A stretch of DNA of 64,000 nt from a virus. Position 1 is the first letter of the stretch. Every line of letters begins with the position of its first letter. Positions 29,884 to 38,400 of the stretch are shown piece by piece. The notes under the pieces were generated by a model. It saw only the letters and a list, made by a program, of their open reading frames with translations, had not been told where the DNA came from and ran no database searches. Where the stretch lies: positions 96,001-160,000 of IMG/VR virus record IMGVR_UViG_3300029374_000001. One strand, given 5' to 3'. The position numbers and the translations under genes are program-made.

Positions 29884-29968
29884 TTCAAAAATTTTCAAAA
29901 AATTCGGAAAGGCGATAATCTTCCTATAATTTTTCGGAACATTTTAAACTTTCAAAAACTTCGAATAC
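29884..29968. repeat. iteron-like direct repeats TTC(A/G)(A/G)AA(A)
   Basis: TTCAAAAA occurs three times, TTCGGAA(A/C) twice and TTCGAATA once, within 85 nt of non-coding DNA. Confidence 0.5.
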
Positions 29969-29985
29969 CTAGCTAACGCCTTTAC

Positions 29986-30016
29986 GAAGTATATGGGGCT
30001 ATCGCCCATATACTTC
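29986..30016. repeat. palindrome GAAGTATATGGG-gctatcg-CCCATATACTTC
   Basis: A 12-bp perfect inverted repeat with a 7-nt spacer in the non-coding region. Confidence 0.6.
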
Positions 30017-30388
30017 TAAAACATATCTCTTATATCTTTTAATTTTATTCTTTATTACAGCGCTCCGCTCCCTCTTCGTAGTTGGATAGCGGAACGCTTA
30101 TATTAAATGGAACTCTATATGCTTTCTTTATAATTTTTATAATAATTTTAAAATTCCAAGTAATTCTTTTAAAACTTGGAATAATTACTACTTCTATTTA
30201 TCTTGGAAAATATATACTAACTTCGTTATTTCTGTTGGAATAAGAATACATTCCTGATTTTTAAATAATTTCTTCAGTTTTTCTTTTTTTTTTAATTTAT
30301 TGGTAAATTTTAAACTATCATTTTAATTTTAAAATTGATACAACATATTTGTAATTTTGAAAATTTTGCTAAAGACTATAATGGCCAT

Positions 30389-30606
30389 AAGACCTCTATA
30401 GGCTCAACGGAATACCACGTACATTAAATACCGAATCACTCGCCTACGGCTAATCACAGATAAAGCTCAGCATCGCGCAATCCGCTTCCCTGCTCCTTGT
30501 CGCTCTGCCATATGGTTTCGTTCCGGACTTCCCCTGAAACATATCCTCGCTGCCTCGCTCGGATACCCGTCCTACACTCAACTACCCTCCGGGGGAGGGG
30601 GTTTTT
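30389..30606 (+). ncRNA. candidate small non-coding RNA spanning the GC-rich, pyrimidine-skewed island
   Basis: A perfect TATAAT lies at 30377..30382. About 215 nt downstream is the hairpin CCCTCC-GGG-GGAGGG followed by TTTTT (30585..30606). The interval is about 52% GC in a roughly 30% GC genome, is strongly C/T-rich on the plus strand, and has no credible ORF or SD. Confidence 0.25.
30585..30606 (+). terminator. GC-rich hairpin plus T5, an intrinsic terminator
   Basis: CCCTCCGGGGGAGGG with a 6-bp G/C stem, followed by GGTTTTT. Confidence 0.55.
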
Positions 30607-30694
30607 AGGGGGAGGGGGGAAATTTTTTAAAATTAAAATATAACTAAACATATTTTAAGTCGATTTTTGATAATTTTTGAAAAATATACGCAAA

Positions 30695-30724
30695 TTGACA
30701 TCTGAGTATAGACTCAGATGTGAT
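30695..30724 (+). promoter_or_regulatory. promoter (TTGACA, 18 bp, TGTGAT) with an overlapping operator-like palindrome
   Basis: Consensus TTGACA at 30695..30700. The palindrome CATCTGAGT-ATAG-ACTCAGATG at 30699..30720 occupies the spacer. It lies 30 nt upstream of the AAAAGGAGG SD of the kinase-like gene. Confidence 0.45.
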
Positions 30725-30755
30725 TTCTATTGTTAAAAGGAGGAATTGATAGTAT

Positions 30756-31526
30756 ATGAAAAGCTTGTTGATAGGATTTGAGGGATTAGATGCCAGCTAT
30801 AAACATACTAATGCGGAAGCATTGTATGATCATTTAACAGATGTATATGATAAAGCCATTCGAGCAGATCATTTAAAAATAGAATTGGTTTCTTTTCCAA
30901 GATATAAACATGCCTCCTCTTGGTTTGTCAGAGAATATTTAAATGGTCATTACAATCGTTTTATGATGGATTATGATCAGGTTATATTTCCCAGGCAGTC
31001 TAAGTTGAAACAAGTATCTATGTTTTTCTTGGCAGATATGATTGACTGGTATAGTGATGCATTAAGACGAGGGTTATTTATTAAGAATCATATTATTATC
31101 TTTGATCGCTATATATATTCTATGATGTATTACTTAATTCCAGAGATCTATGCTAAGAAAGAACATCATTATCAAAACTACTTCGAACGATACTTACATA
31201 CCATCAGAGAGAATCCAATGTATGAAGTATTGCCTAAGGTAGATATCTTACTAAAGATGATTACTTCTCCTGATGCTATAGAAAAAGGAATTAATAAAAG
31301 AGGAAGAACCAAAGATAGATATGAAAAGAACCTACAGTATCTGAAAGACGTCAATACATTCTTCAATGGATTAGATTTAAAAGAAGATCTGAATAATACC
31401 AACTATAAAGGATTGAAACACCAATTCGAAATCGATACGGTAGATAAAGATCCAGAAACTATATTTAACGATATATTAAAGAAGATCAATCCAATAGTCA
31501 ATCGATTTGATAAACGAAAGTGGTGA
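30756..31526 (+). CDS. thymidylate/dNMP kinase-like protein with a non-canonical P-loop
   Basis: 256-aa ORF. It carries TMK-family landmarks: LIGFEGLDASYKHT at the P-loop position, but reading GxxxSYKH instead of GxxGxGK[ST]. It also has FFLADM (a LFxADR-like motif with R changed to M), a retained DRY motif (IIIFDRYIYSMMYY) and a C-terminal lid region. The SD is strong. Confidence 0.6.
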   Translation: MKSLLIGFEGLDASYKHTNAEALYDHLTDVYDKAIRADHLKIELVSFPRYKHASSWFVREYLNGHYNRFMMDYDQVIFPRQSKLKQVSMFFLADMIDWYSDALRRGLFIKNHIIIFDRYIYSMMYYLIPEIYAKKEHHYQNYFERYLHTIRENPMYEVLPKVDILLKMITSPDAIEKGINKRGRTKDRYEKNLQYLKDVNTFFNGLDLKEDLNNTNYKGLKHQFEIDTVDKDPETIFNDILKKINPIVNRFDKRKW

Positions 31527-31532
31527 TAAAAT

Positions 31533-32021
31533 ATGGAAGAACAAGATAGACCTTGTATAGGATTAATATTTGATGCAAGTTTTTTAATATGGGATGTATT
31601 AATTCCTATGGGAATTATTTATACGATATTAAACAGAAATCGGAATGCTAAGTTTGTATATGGTGGATTACCAAGACTCTGTATGCATGTAGAAGATTAT
31701 GCACAAAGTTTAAATATTCCAAAAGATCGATTGATTAAATTAGAGATGGATACATGTGTTAAGAGACATCTGCTTACTCAAACAAAAGAAGCAGAATGGT
31801 TTTCCCAATTATTGGCTTATCATCCTGGAAGAATATATTGCTTTAGAGATAATACACATTCTAATGCAACAGGTGTAATGGTTATGCATGCTGTACGTCA
31901 GAATATTCCTGTTATAGAGATAGACAATCATGGTAATAAGAGACAAATAACTAAAAATGCTCCCAGCGATCTTAATATTATTTATGCTCGTAAAGCAGGA
32001 AGGATTCCATACGATGTTTAA
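31533..32021 (+). CDS. hypothetical Rossmann-like protein (possible SLOG/DprA-like or nucleoside deoxyribosyltransferase-like fold)
   Basis: 162-aa ORF between the kinase-like and ThyX genes. The C-terminal segment NATGVMVMHAVRQNIPVIEID resembles the terminal strand-helix-strand of DprA/LOG-type Rossmann domains. I consider this assignment weak. Confidence 0.45.
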   Translation: MEEQDRPCIGLIFDASFLIWDVLIPMGIIYTILNRNRNAKFVYGGLPRLCMHVEDYAQSLNIPKDRLIKLEMDTCVKRHLLTQTKEAEWFSQLLAYHPGRIYCFRDNTHSNATGVMVMHAVRQNIPVIEIDNHGNKRQITKNAPSDLNIIYARKAGRIPYDV

Positions 32022-33321
32022 TCCAATGAAATTAAAAGAAGTTTTTCATAAGAAACCATCTGATCAAGATATAATCAATGCTGTTCATGCTGATGAATCA
32101 AATATGTTCTTTGAAGTATTGAGTATTTCTGATTCTGCTTACTTATGCTCTACTGGAGCTAAGACGTGTTATAATTTAGAGACAGCTAAAGAATATACAA
32201 AGAACTTAGAACATATTGCCAGAATTATGGGATATGGTCATGACTCTATATCTGCTCATTCCAATATGATCATTAAATTGAATATAGAAGCAGATGATAG
32301 AGAGCATATGAATTTGTTACCCATTTTATTTGCATTACCAGCTATGAAGTATATGAATATTGCTATTCTTCCATATAAGGAAGATTTACCAGGAACTAGA
32401 CACAGTATTCAATTATTGATTTCTGGATCTGTTAGAGCATTCAGATACTTCATACAAAAATTCAATGACACCTATATAGAAAATAATGGGTATAATACCG
32501 ATCTCTATGAGGTCATGAAGCAATGTATTTATCAGTCTTTTGAAAAAGAATTCTTTGTTGATTTCATTAAGGCTGGACTATTAGATGAGAAGCAGTTTGT
32601 TTATAAAGCACAAATGAAATTGATTGTGTCTGAAGATGAACATGGAGATGAAGTGGCCGATGTAGGAACAGAAGCAGTTCATCAACCTGTATTGTCTACG
32701 AATATGGTAGATATATTGTATAGAGATAATATCTATGATCTATATTCTCATCTTTTATCTAATGGAGCAGATCCAGATAGATTATTAGACTGCTTATTAG
32801 AAACTTGTATCGTTACTTTAAGACTAAAGAATTATTCTAGAGCTATATCTCAGCAGATTAATAGACATCAGTCTGGTATATCTCAAGAATCTCAGAGATA
32901 TGTAAACTATAGTGAATCTCAGTTTATTGATCCTTTGCATTTTCATGATAATATAGAAGATCAGAATAAAGAATATTCTATCGATTTTATGGGGTCTACA
33001 TTTAAAGGAACCATGAAAGAATTGGGACAATCTTTGATTGCTATTTATCCACAGTTGAAAGAACAGGGATTACAGAATCAGGATGCTCGTGCTATTCTGC
33101 CTATGAATTCTGAGACTAAAACAATCCATACATTTACCTATAAGAATTTACTCCATTTTATTAAGTTAAGAGACTCTCAATTTGCTCAGCAAGAAGTTAG
33201 ACAAATAGCTAGAGATATAAAGTTACTCTTATTTAGTAAGGATGAATATCTTTCTATGGAATCTACAGAAGTTAGAGACTTCTTAAATTCTAAGATGTTA
33301 GAGTTGACTAATCATAAATAA
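32014..33321 (+). CDS. thyX: flavin-dependent thymidylate synthase ThyX family protein, 435 aa with a roughly 170-aa insertion
   Basis: Start at 32014 (AGGAAGGATTCCATACG-ATG), overlapping the upstream stop. N-terminal GAKTCY...IMGYGHDSISAHS matches the ThyX start (R.CY...HGHESVLEH). The hallmark motif SRAISQQINRHQSGISQESQRYVNYS matches SRAxxHELVRHRIASYSQESQRY. C-terminal ARAILPMNSETKTIHTFTYKNLLHFIKLRDSQFAQQEVRQIA matches the ThyX C-terminus (LP...T...N.R.L.HF..LR....AQWEIR). Confidence 0.75.
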   Translation: MFNPMKLKEVFHKKPSDQDIINAVHADESNMFFEVLSISDSAYLCSTGAKTCYNLETAKEYTKNLEHIARIMGYGHDSISAHSNMIIKLNIEADDREHMNLLPILFALPAMKYMNIAILPYKEDLPGTRHSIQLLISGSVRAFRYFIQKFNDTYIENNGYNTDLYEVMKQCIYQSFEKEFFVDFIKAGLLDEKQFVYKAQMKLIVSEDEHGDEVADVGTEAVHQPVLSTNMVDILYRDNIYDLYSHLLSNGADPDRLLDCLLETCIVTLRLKNYSRAISQQINRHQSGISQESQRYVNYSESQFIDPLHFHDNIEDQNKEYSIDFMGSTFKGTMKELGQSLIAIYPQLKEQGLQNQDARAILPMNSETKTIHTFTYKNLLHFIKLRDSQFAQQEVRQIARDIKLLLFSKDEYLSMESTEVRDFLNSKMLELTNHK

Positions 33322-33406
33322 TCAAAGTCTATATATCTCTACACATAGTAGTAATGAAATTTACAAGATGCTTTAAACTATTTTTTAAACTATAAGGAGA
33401 ACTAGT

Positions 33407-33889
33407 ATGCACAATATCAAAAGATTTGCCGATTTTTCTAAAGCTGTTGAAGAAATTATGAGTATTGTACCCGGTCTGACTTTCTTTTTTACACACACAG
33501 ATGAAGATGGCCGGCAGTCTGATTTATGTAAAGAACCAGATCAGGTTGTTCGAAACATATTTAACGATTTGATGAATGATTATCCATCCATACAGGATTT
33601 AGAATATCCAAGAACAGTAGCCTTCTCTATCTCTGCAGATGAAGTAGGTTATAAAACAAGAGGTCCGATAGCATTTGGATGGAGAAATATCATTTCTGAT
33701 CATAATACGTTGGAATATAGTTTTCGAATCAGTATATTCAGCAATAGCTTGGGAGCTAAACATTTAGAAGCAGAACTGAATAAGTTAGGATGGGTCCAGA
33801 AACCATATACTCACTTAGCACATGCTTCCAAATCCTATAGCGAAAAGAAAAGCAAATCTCAGATTCATGCAGAAAAGTCTGCTCAATAG
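33407..33889 (+). CDS. hypothetical protein (160 aa)
   Basis: ORF with SD TAAGGAGAACTAGT-ATG. Confidence 0.5.
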   Translation: MHNIKRFADFSKAVEEIMSIVPGLTFFFTHTDEDGRQSDLCKEPDQVVRNIFNDLMNDYPSIQDLEYPRTVAFSISADEVGYKTRGPIAFGWRNIISDHNTLEYSFRISIFSNSLGAKHLEAELNKLGWVQKPYTHLAHASKSYSEKKSKSQIHAEKSAQ

Positions 33890-34044
33890 TTATTCATATT
33901 TCCAACTATAAATACACCATATTTTAAGCATCTTGTAATTCATCGCATAATAAAGTCTTGATATATGAGTGACCGAATGATTTCATTGGCATTAACGCAT
34001 TAAGAATCCTATATTTCAGGATTTTATTATGGAGGAATAGAATT

Positions 34045-34070
34045 CAGACTGTAGCATATGCTACAGTCTG
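34045..34070 (+). terminator. hairpin (CAGACTGTAGCATATGCTACAGTCTG)
   Basis: Perfect palindrome. A second, smaller hairpin AATCCTATATTTCAGGATT lies about 20 nt upstream, at about 34003..34025. Confidence 0.45.
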
Positions 34071-34103
34071 CTATTTCATCGAAACATCATATTACAAAGG
34101 AAG

Positions 34104-34832
34104 GTGAATAGTATGGCTCAAAACCCAGATTATAACAAGCCTACAAATAATCCTAAAGTAGAAGAGATAGATATTACATCTATTCCTGAATTTGATATAA
34201 AAGATTGGGATTTAGATAATCCCAAAGCTTATTTGCGCTTTATTACAAGAATTGAACGTATTTGTAGAAATTCGTTTGAATACAAGCAGTTCATTAATTT
34301 CTTAAGAGATAATGCTGGATTCAATAAATGCAGTATTATGGAAAATGTATCAAATGAAGAAAATAGAGCAATCAAAATTCATGTTCATCATTATCCGCTA
34401 ACATTATATGATATTGTATGGACTATTGCAAATAAACATAAGATGAATCACGAATCTATGGATGAAGATATGATTGCTAAAGAAGTCATGTATAATCATT
34501 ATACTCTTCATGTGGGGTTGATTCCATTATCTGAATCTGTTCATGAGATGAATCATAATAGCAGAATCTTTATTCCTACATGGGCTGTTTTAGGAAAATG
34601 GAGAACATTTGTAGAAGAATATAAACAATATATGTCATCCGATACTCTATCTAACTTAGAGAAGTTAGATGAGCTGAGCCAAAAATATAATCATGCAGAC
34701 AATACCGAGATACTGGATTCTGGATATGTTCGTCTCAAGATTGACGATCCAGATTATCAAGCAACTACAAAAGAACTTTATGATCATATTAACAAAACTT
34801 TAGATGAAATTAAATCTAAACAAAAACAATGA
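34104..34832 (+). CDS. paralog of the 9019..9750 HNH-like protein, with the Cys ligands lost
   Basis: 242-aa ORF. It aligns along its length with the 9019 product (FITRIERICRNSF / AITRVRTSNF; IKIHVHHYPLTLYDIVWTI / IELHHHVLTIFDIALVI; VLGKWRTFVEEYKQY / GFGKWWELLQKYKYG). The HH dyad is retained, but LCKTCHQLYH is replaced by LSESVHEMNH. Confidence 0.5.
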   Translation: MNSMAQNPDYNKPTNNPKVEEIDITSIPEFDIKDWDLDNPKAYLRFITRIERICRNSFEYKQFINFLRDNAGFNKCSIMENVSNEENRAIKIHVHHYPLTLYDIVWTIANKHKMNHESMDEDMIAKEVMYNHYTLHVGLIPLSESVHEMNHNSRIFIPTWAVLGKWRTFVEEYKQYMSSDTLSNLEKLDELSQKYNHADNTEILDSGYVRLKIDDPDYQATTKELYDHINKTLDEIKSKQKQ

Positions 34833-34837
34833 TAAAT

Positions 34838-34861
34838 CTGAGACTACTTGCGTAGTCTCAG
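34838..34861 (+). terminator. hairpin terminator (CTGAGACTAC-TTGC-GTAGTCTCAG)
   Basis: A 10-bp stem 6 nt after the stop codon, followed by AAATTTATGTTCT. Confidence 0.55.
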
Positions 34862-34967
34862 AAATTTATGTTCTAAACTAACATGTTTAGATGTGTTTGG
34901 GATATGTAAAAATGAGTATTAGACGTTTATACACTATCTCTCGTATAGATATATATAGAAAATATCC

Positions 34968-34998
34968 TTTTGTAATCTAATATTTTTGAAATTATATA
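34968..34998 (+). promoter_or_regulatory. conserved phage promoter P4 (TTTTGTAATCTAAT, 17 bp, TATATA)
   Basis: ccTTTTGTAATCTAAtatttttgaaatTATATAttatagagatgaaataag, upstream of the small membrane ORF and the tape-measure-like gene. Confidence 0.6.
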
Positions 34999-35229
34999 TT
35001 ATAGAGATGAAATAAGGGAAGTAGGGAATATCGTTATTGGTGTCTCCGTCGCCAATACAATCAGGCCTATGAAACTTATTTCATGCTCCTTAAAGAGATT
35101 ATGGAGAATTGTATTATATTGGATGCCTTTCGTCGTGGGGTAATAACTGGTATAAGACAGTTCTCTATAATCTCAACTAATTTATATATTTCACAAAAAT
35201 TATTTTTATATATCAAAAGGAGAAGTATT

Positions 35230-35346
35230 ATGAGTTTCAGTACCGAATGGGTAATTAGATATCTAGTATCTGTATGTATAGCATGTGTGTTATTTGCTAT
35301 TCCATTTATGATTGAAGTATTGGTTTTACGATATTTCTTTCGATAA
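35230..35346 (+). CDS. small membrane protein (38 aa) preceding the tape-measure-like gene
   Basis: ATG follows AAAAGGAGAAGTATT. It reads MSFSTEWVIRYLVSVCIACVLFAIPFMIEVLVLRYFFR. This is the refined start within the track ORF 35083..35346. Confidence 0.4.
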   Translation: MSFSTEWVIRYLVSVCIACVLFAIPFMIEVLVLRYFFR

Positions 35347-35443
35347 AATAAAGAGTATAATCTCTTTTATTTTTTGTCTAAAACTCTATACTTACAAGCC
35401 AGAACATACCATTAAACGTTCATATATGAAAGGAGGAATCATT

Positions 35444-38400
35444 TTGCCAAAATTACCTATAGTAAAAAATTACTTAAAGAATGTAGCTAAATCTGTTAAG
35501 TATGTTGCCATTAATGAAGTACGAGAAGCATTTCCAATGCCATTTAGTATGGCAGAAGCAAATGCTGATCTGACTCATGAAGCCAGAGCTATGTTCAGAA
35601 ATAAAGGCAATATCAAAAGAGTACAAAACCAATTCTTACAGAGTGATGTATTTAAAGCTGGTAATGAAATTTACAGAAACAGCATGAGCTCTATTAAGAC
35701 TGGTAAGTTCTATGATAAAGCCAGATCTGATAAAGCAGATAATGCATTCTTTAAGAAAATGATGGGTGGAGAAGATTTTGATTTTGATCTGAGTGAAGAT
35801 ATCAACGATGTTGATACCGAATCTCAAGATGATAGTCAGGCTTCTCTGGACAGTTTAGGTGATGATTTAGATAATCTTGGATTAGGAATTGATTCCAGCT
35901 TAAAGACAACTGCATCTGCTATTTCTGCTACTGTTATGGATAGTGCTAAGTATACTTCCGAAACAGTGAAGAATACAGCAGCTATTTCTTATATGCAGTC
36001 TTTAAGAACGATGAAAGTATTAGAAGCGGGATTTTCTTCCGTCAGTGCCGGAATGAAAAATATCATTAAATTTCAGAATGAACGCTTAAATACCCATATC
36101 CAGAATGCAACCAAATTCTTTGATACTTCTACCAATCTTTTAACAGAGCAGAATGCTATGATGAAAGAAATGCTGGAGATGCAAAGAAATCTCTATAACT
36201 CAACCAGAAATGGAAATATTAATAGAAGAGAATCTCATAATGCATATAATGATATTATGGGATTTGGTGGTGCTTTTGATGCCAAAAAATATCTAAAGAA
36301 TATCAAATCTAATATAATTAATTCTGCCGAGTTCTCTCCTTTCCAAATGTTATGGGATATGAAAGATCTATTGATGGCAAATCCATTAGAGTTCGTTGTA
36401 TCTGGTACCCTAATTAATTTAATGGGTGGAGATAAGGTTAAGAGACAATTAGGCAAACTTCAAAAGACTATGAGTGGTCTATTTGGCCATTTCTTAAACC
36501 AGATGGACAAATGGTCTAATGAAGGTGGTATTAAAGGTTTCCTAGGTTCTATATTAGGGATTAATCAATCTGAGAAAGCCAGAGTTGACACAGCAAATTT
36601 TGAACGTGGAGCTATGCAATTTAATGGCATTGCTCAGAAAGCGATCACTGATGTAATTCCAGGATATTTAGCTAGAATCGAATCTGCTTTAACCGGTCAA
36701 GAAGAACGTTTCTATGATATGAAGACTGGTCGGTGGACAAATGTAACCGGAATACACAAACAGTTTAGTTCCAGATATCATTCATCTGATAATGCTGGTA
36801 TGGATGAGATTACCAATGTATTTAAGAAAGTATTGAGCAATACAGATCTTAAGAATATCAATGGTAATTCTTATTCTCAGGAAGAAGTTTCTAAAATTGT
36901 TAATGTAGTCTTAAATGGTATATTGAAAAATAATGGTTCATATAAAGATTTTGATAATGCCAAAGATTTCTTTAAACAGTTTGGATATACAACAGGAAAC
37001 TCTAAGAGAGATAATAACCTGGAAGATTTTGTTAGAGCGATTGCTATTAACTTAAATCATTCTACCCGAGCTGGATTGGTTCATGATATCCGATCCGCTA
37101 AAGGTGCTAAGAATAACTTAGCCAATGATATATCTAATGATCCATATGATTTGATGAGAAAACTCATGGATAATGGATTAGGTGGATGGAAATATGCAGA
37201 TCGAGCTGTTGATGATTTATCTTATGGGTACACAGATTCATATGAAGAACGTATGTATAGTGGTGGAACTGGTGGTAGAGGGCGTCGTAATAAGAGAAAA
37301 GCACAAAAGCTGTCTCCTGGACCTTCATTAACTACTAAATATGTAGCTCCGACTTCTGTAAAGAAAAACGACTTCAATGTGTTTGCTACGTTTGATATAG
37401 ATGATATCAATGCATTCCCAGAAGGCAGAGATCTAATCAAATATATAACAGACCTGGATCATGTAAGTTCTATTAGCGGTATGAATAAATCTGTAATTAA
37501 TTTTATTAATAAGATTACAGAATTTGGCATATCTAGCTATCCTAATAACTCTTTTGAAGAGCTGATTTATTATGTATTGAATGGTGGAGACGAAAGCTTT
37601 AAAGCTATAAGAAAAGCGGCTACATCATTTTATGCTTTACCTATTCCGGTCAGAGTATTCTTAGAAGAGTTATATTATAAGATTCATCCAAAAGATAAGA
37701 TTACCTCCAGTGAAATGGCAGCCAAAGAAGCTGCTAAGGATGATGATTATGAAAATAATAGTAAGACTTTAGGCGATTACAAAGGTAATGGTTTCTTAGA
37801 TAAACTGAAACGTGCAAAAGGCTTTGATAAGTTTGGTGTTATCAAAGCATATACACAAGACCTAGCCAAAACCCCAATGCATGCCATGGCTGGTATTATC
37901 GCTAAAGTAGACAGTTTAATTTATACAGCATTCTTTGGGGATAAGAGAGTCAAAGATGCTAATGGAAAAGAAATCACTGGATTCATTCAACGTATTGGTT
38001 ACGAAATCGGTACTACCTTTACTAAAGCTAGAGATTGGTTGAAAGAGAAATTATTTGGAGAAGGCTTTGGACGTAAGTTTAGAGAAGGAGCCACACAATT
38101 TGGTCAAAGAATGTTTTCTGGAATTAAGAGTTCTTTAGGATCATTCTATAATGAAGTTGTAGGTTCTGAAAATGCGGCCGATGATGTGATCAGCAATCAG
38201 GACGCTTCCAAAATCAATCTTCCTGGGAAAGCAAAAGGTATGGGATATGTTCCTCATACTGGATTATATATGCTTTCTAGAGGTGAAGCTGTTGTACCAT
38301 CTAAAGATAATCCAGATAATCCATTTAGAGGCTCTGCTTCTATAGCCAGAGATATGGCTAATGAAAAAGCTGTTGGAGCCAGCATGGGCATTAATGTTGT

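Noticed and set aside
30420-30620. A tRNA or tmRNA in the GC-rich island
   Set aside because: I found no GTTC(G/A)A T-loop box, no acceptor/T-stem complementarity, and no cloverleaf in this segment. The pyrimidine skew is inconsistent with tRNA composition.
30454-30651. Minus-strand 65-aa ORF inside the GC-rich island (low-complexity PPPP/RR-rich product)
   Set aside because: It has no SD, its composition is a by-product of the pyrimidine/purine strand skew, and it spans the G-run hairpin. It is more likely non-coding.
35312-35443. Track start of the giant ORF (MKYWFYDIS...)
   Set aside because: It overlaps the upstream small membrane gene and has no SD. A consensus AAAGGAGGA sits 6 nt before an in-frame TTG at 35444.
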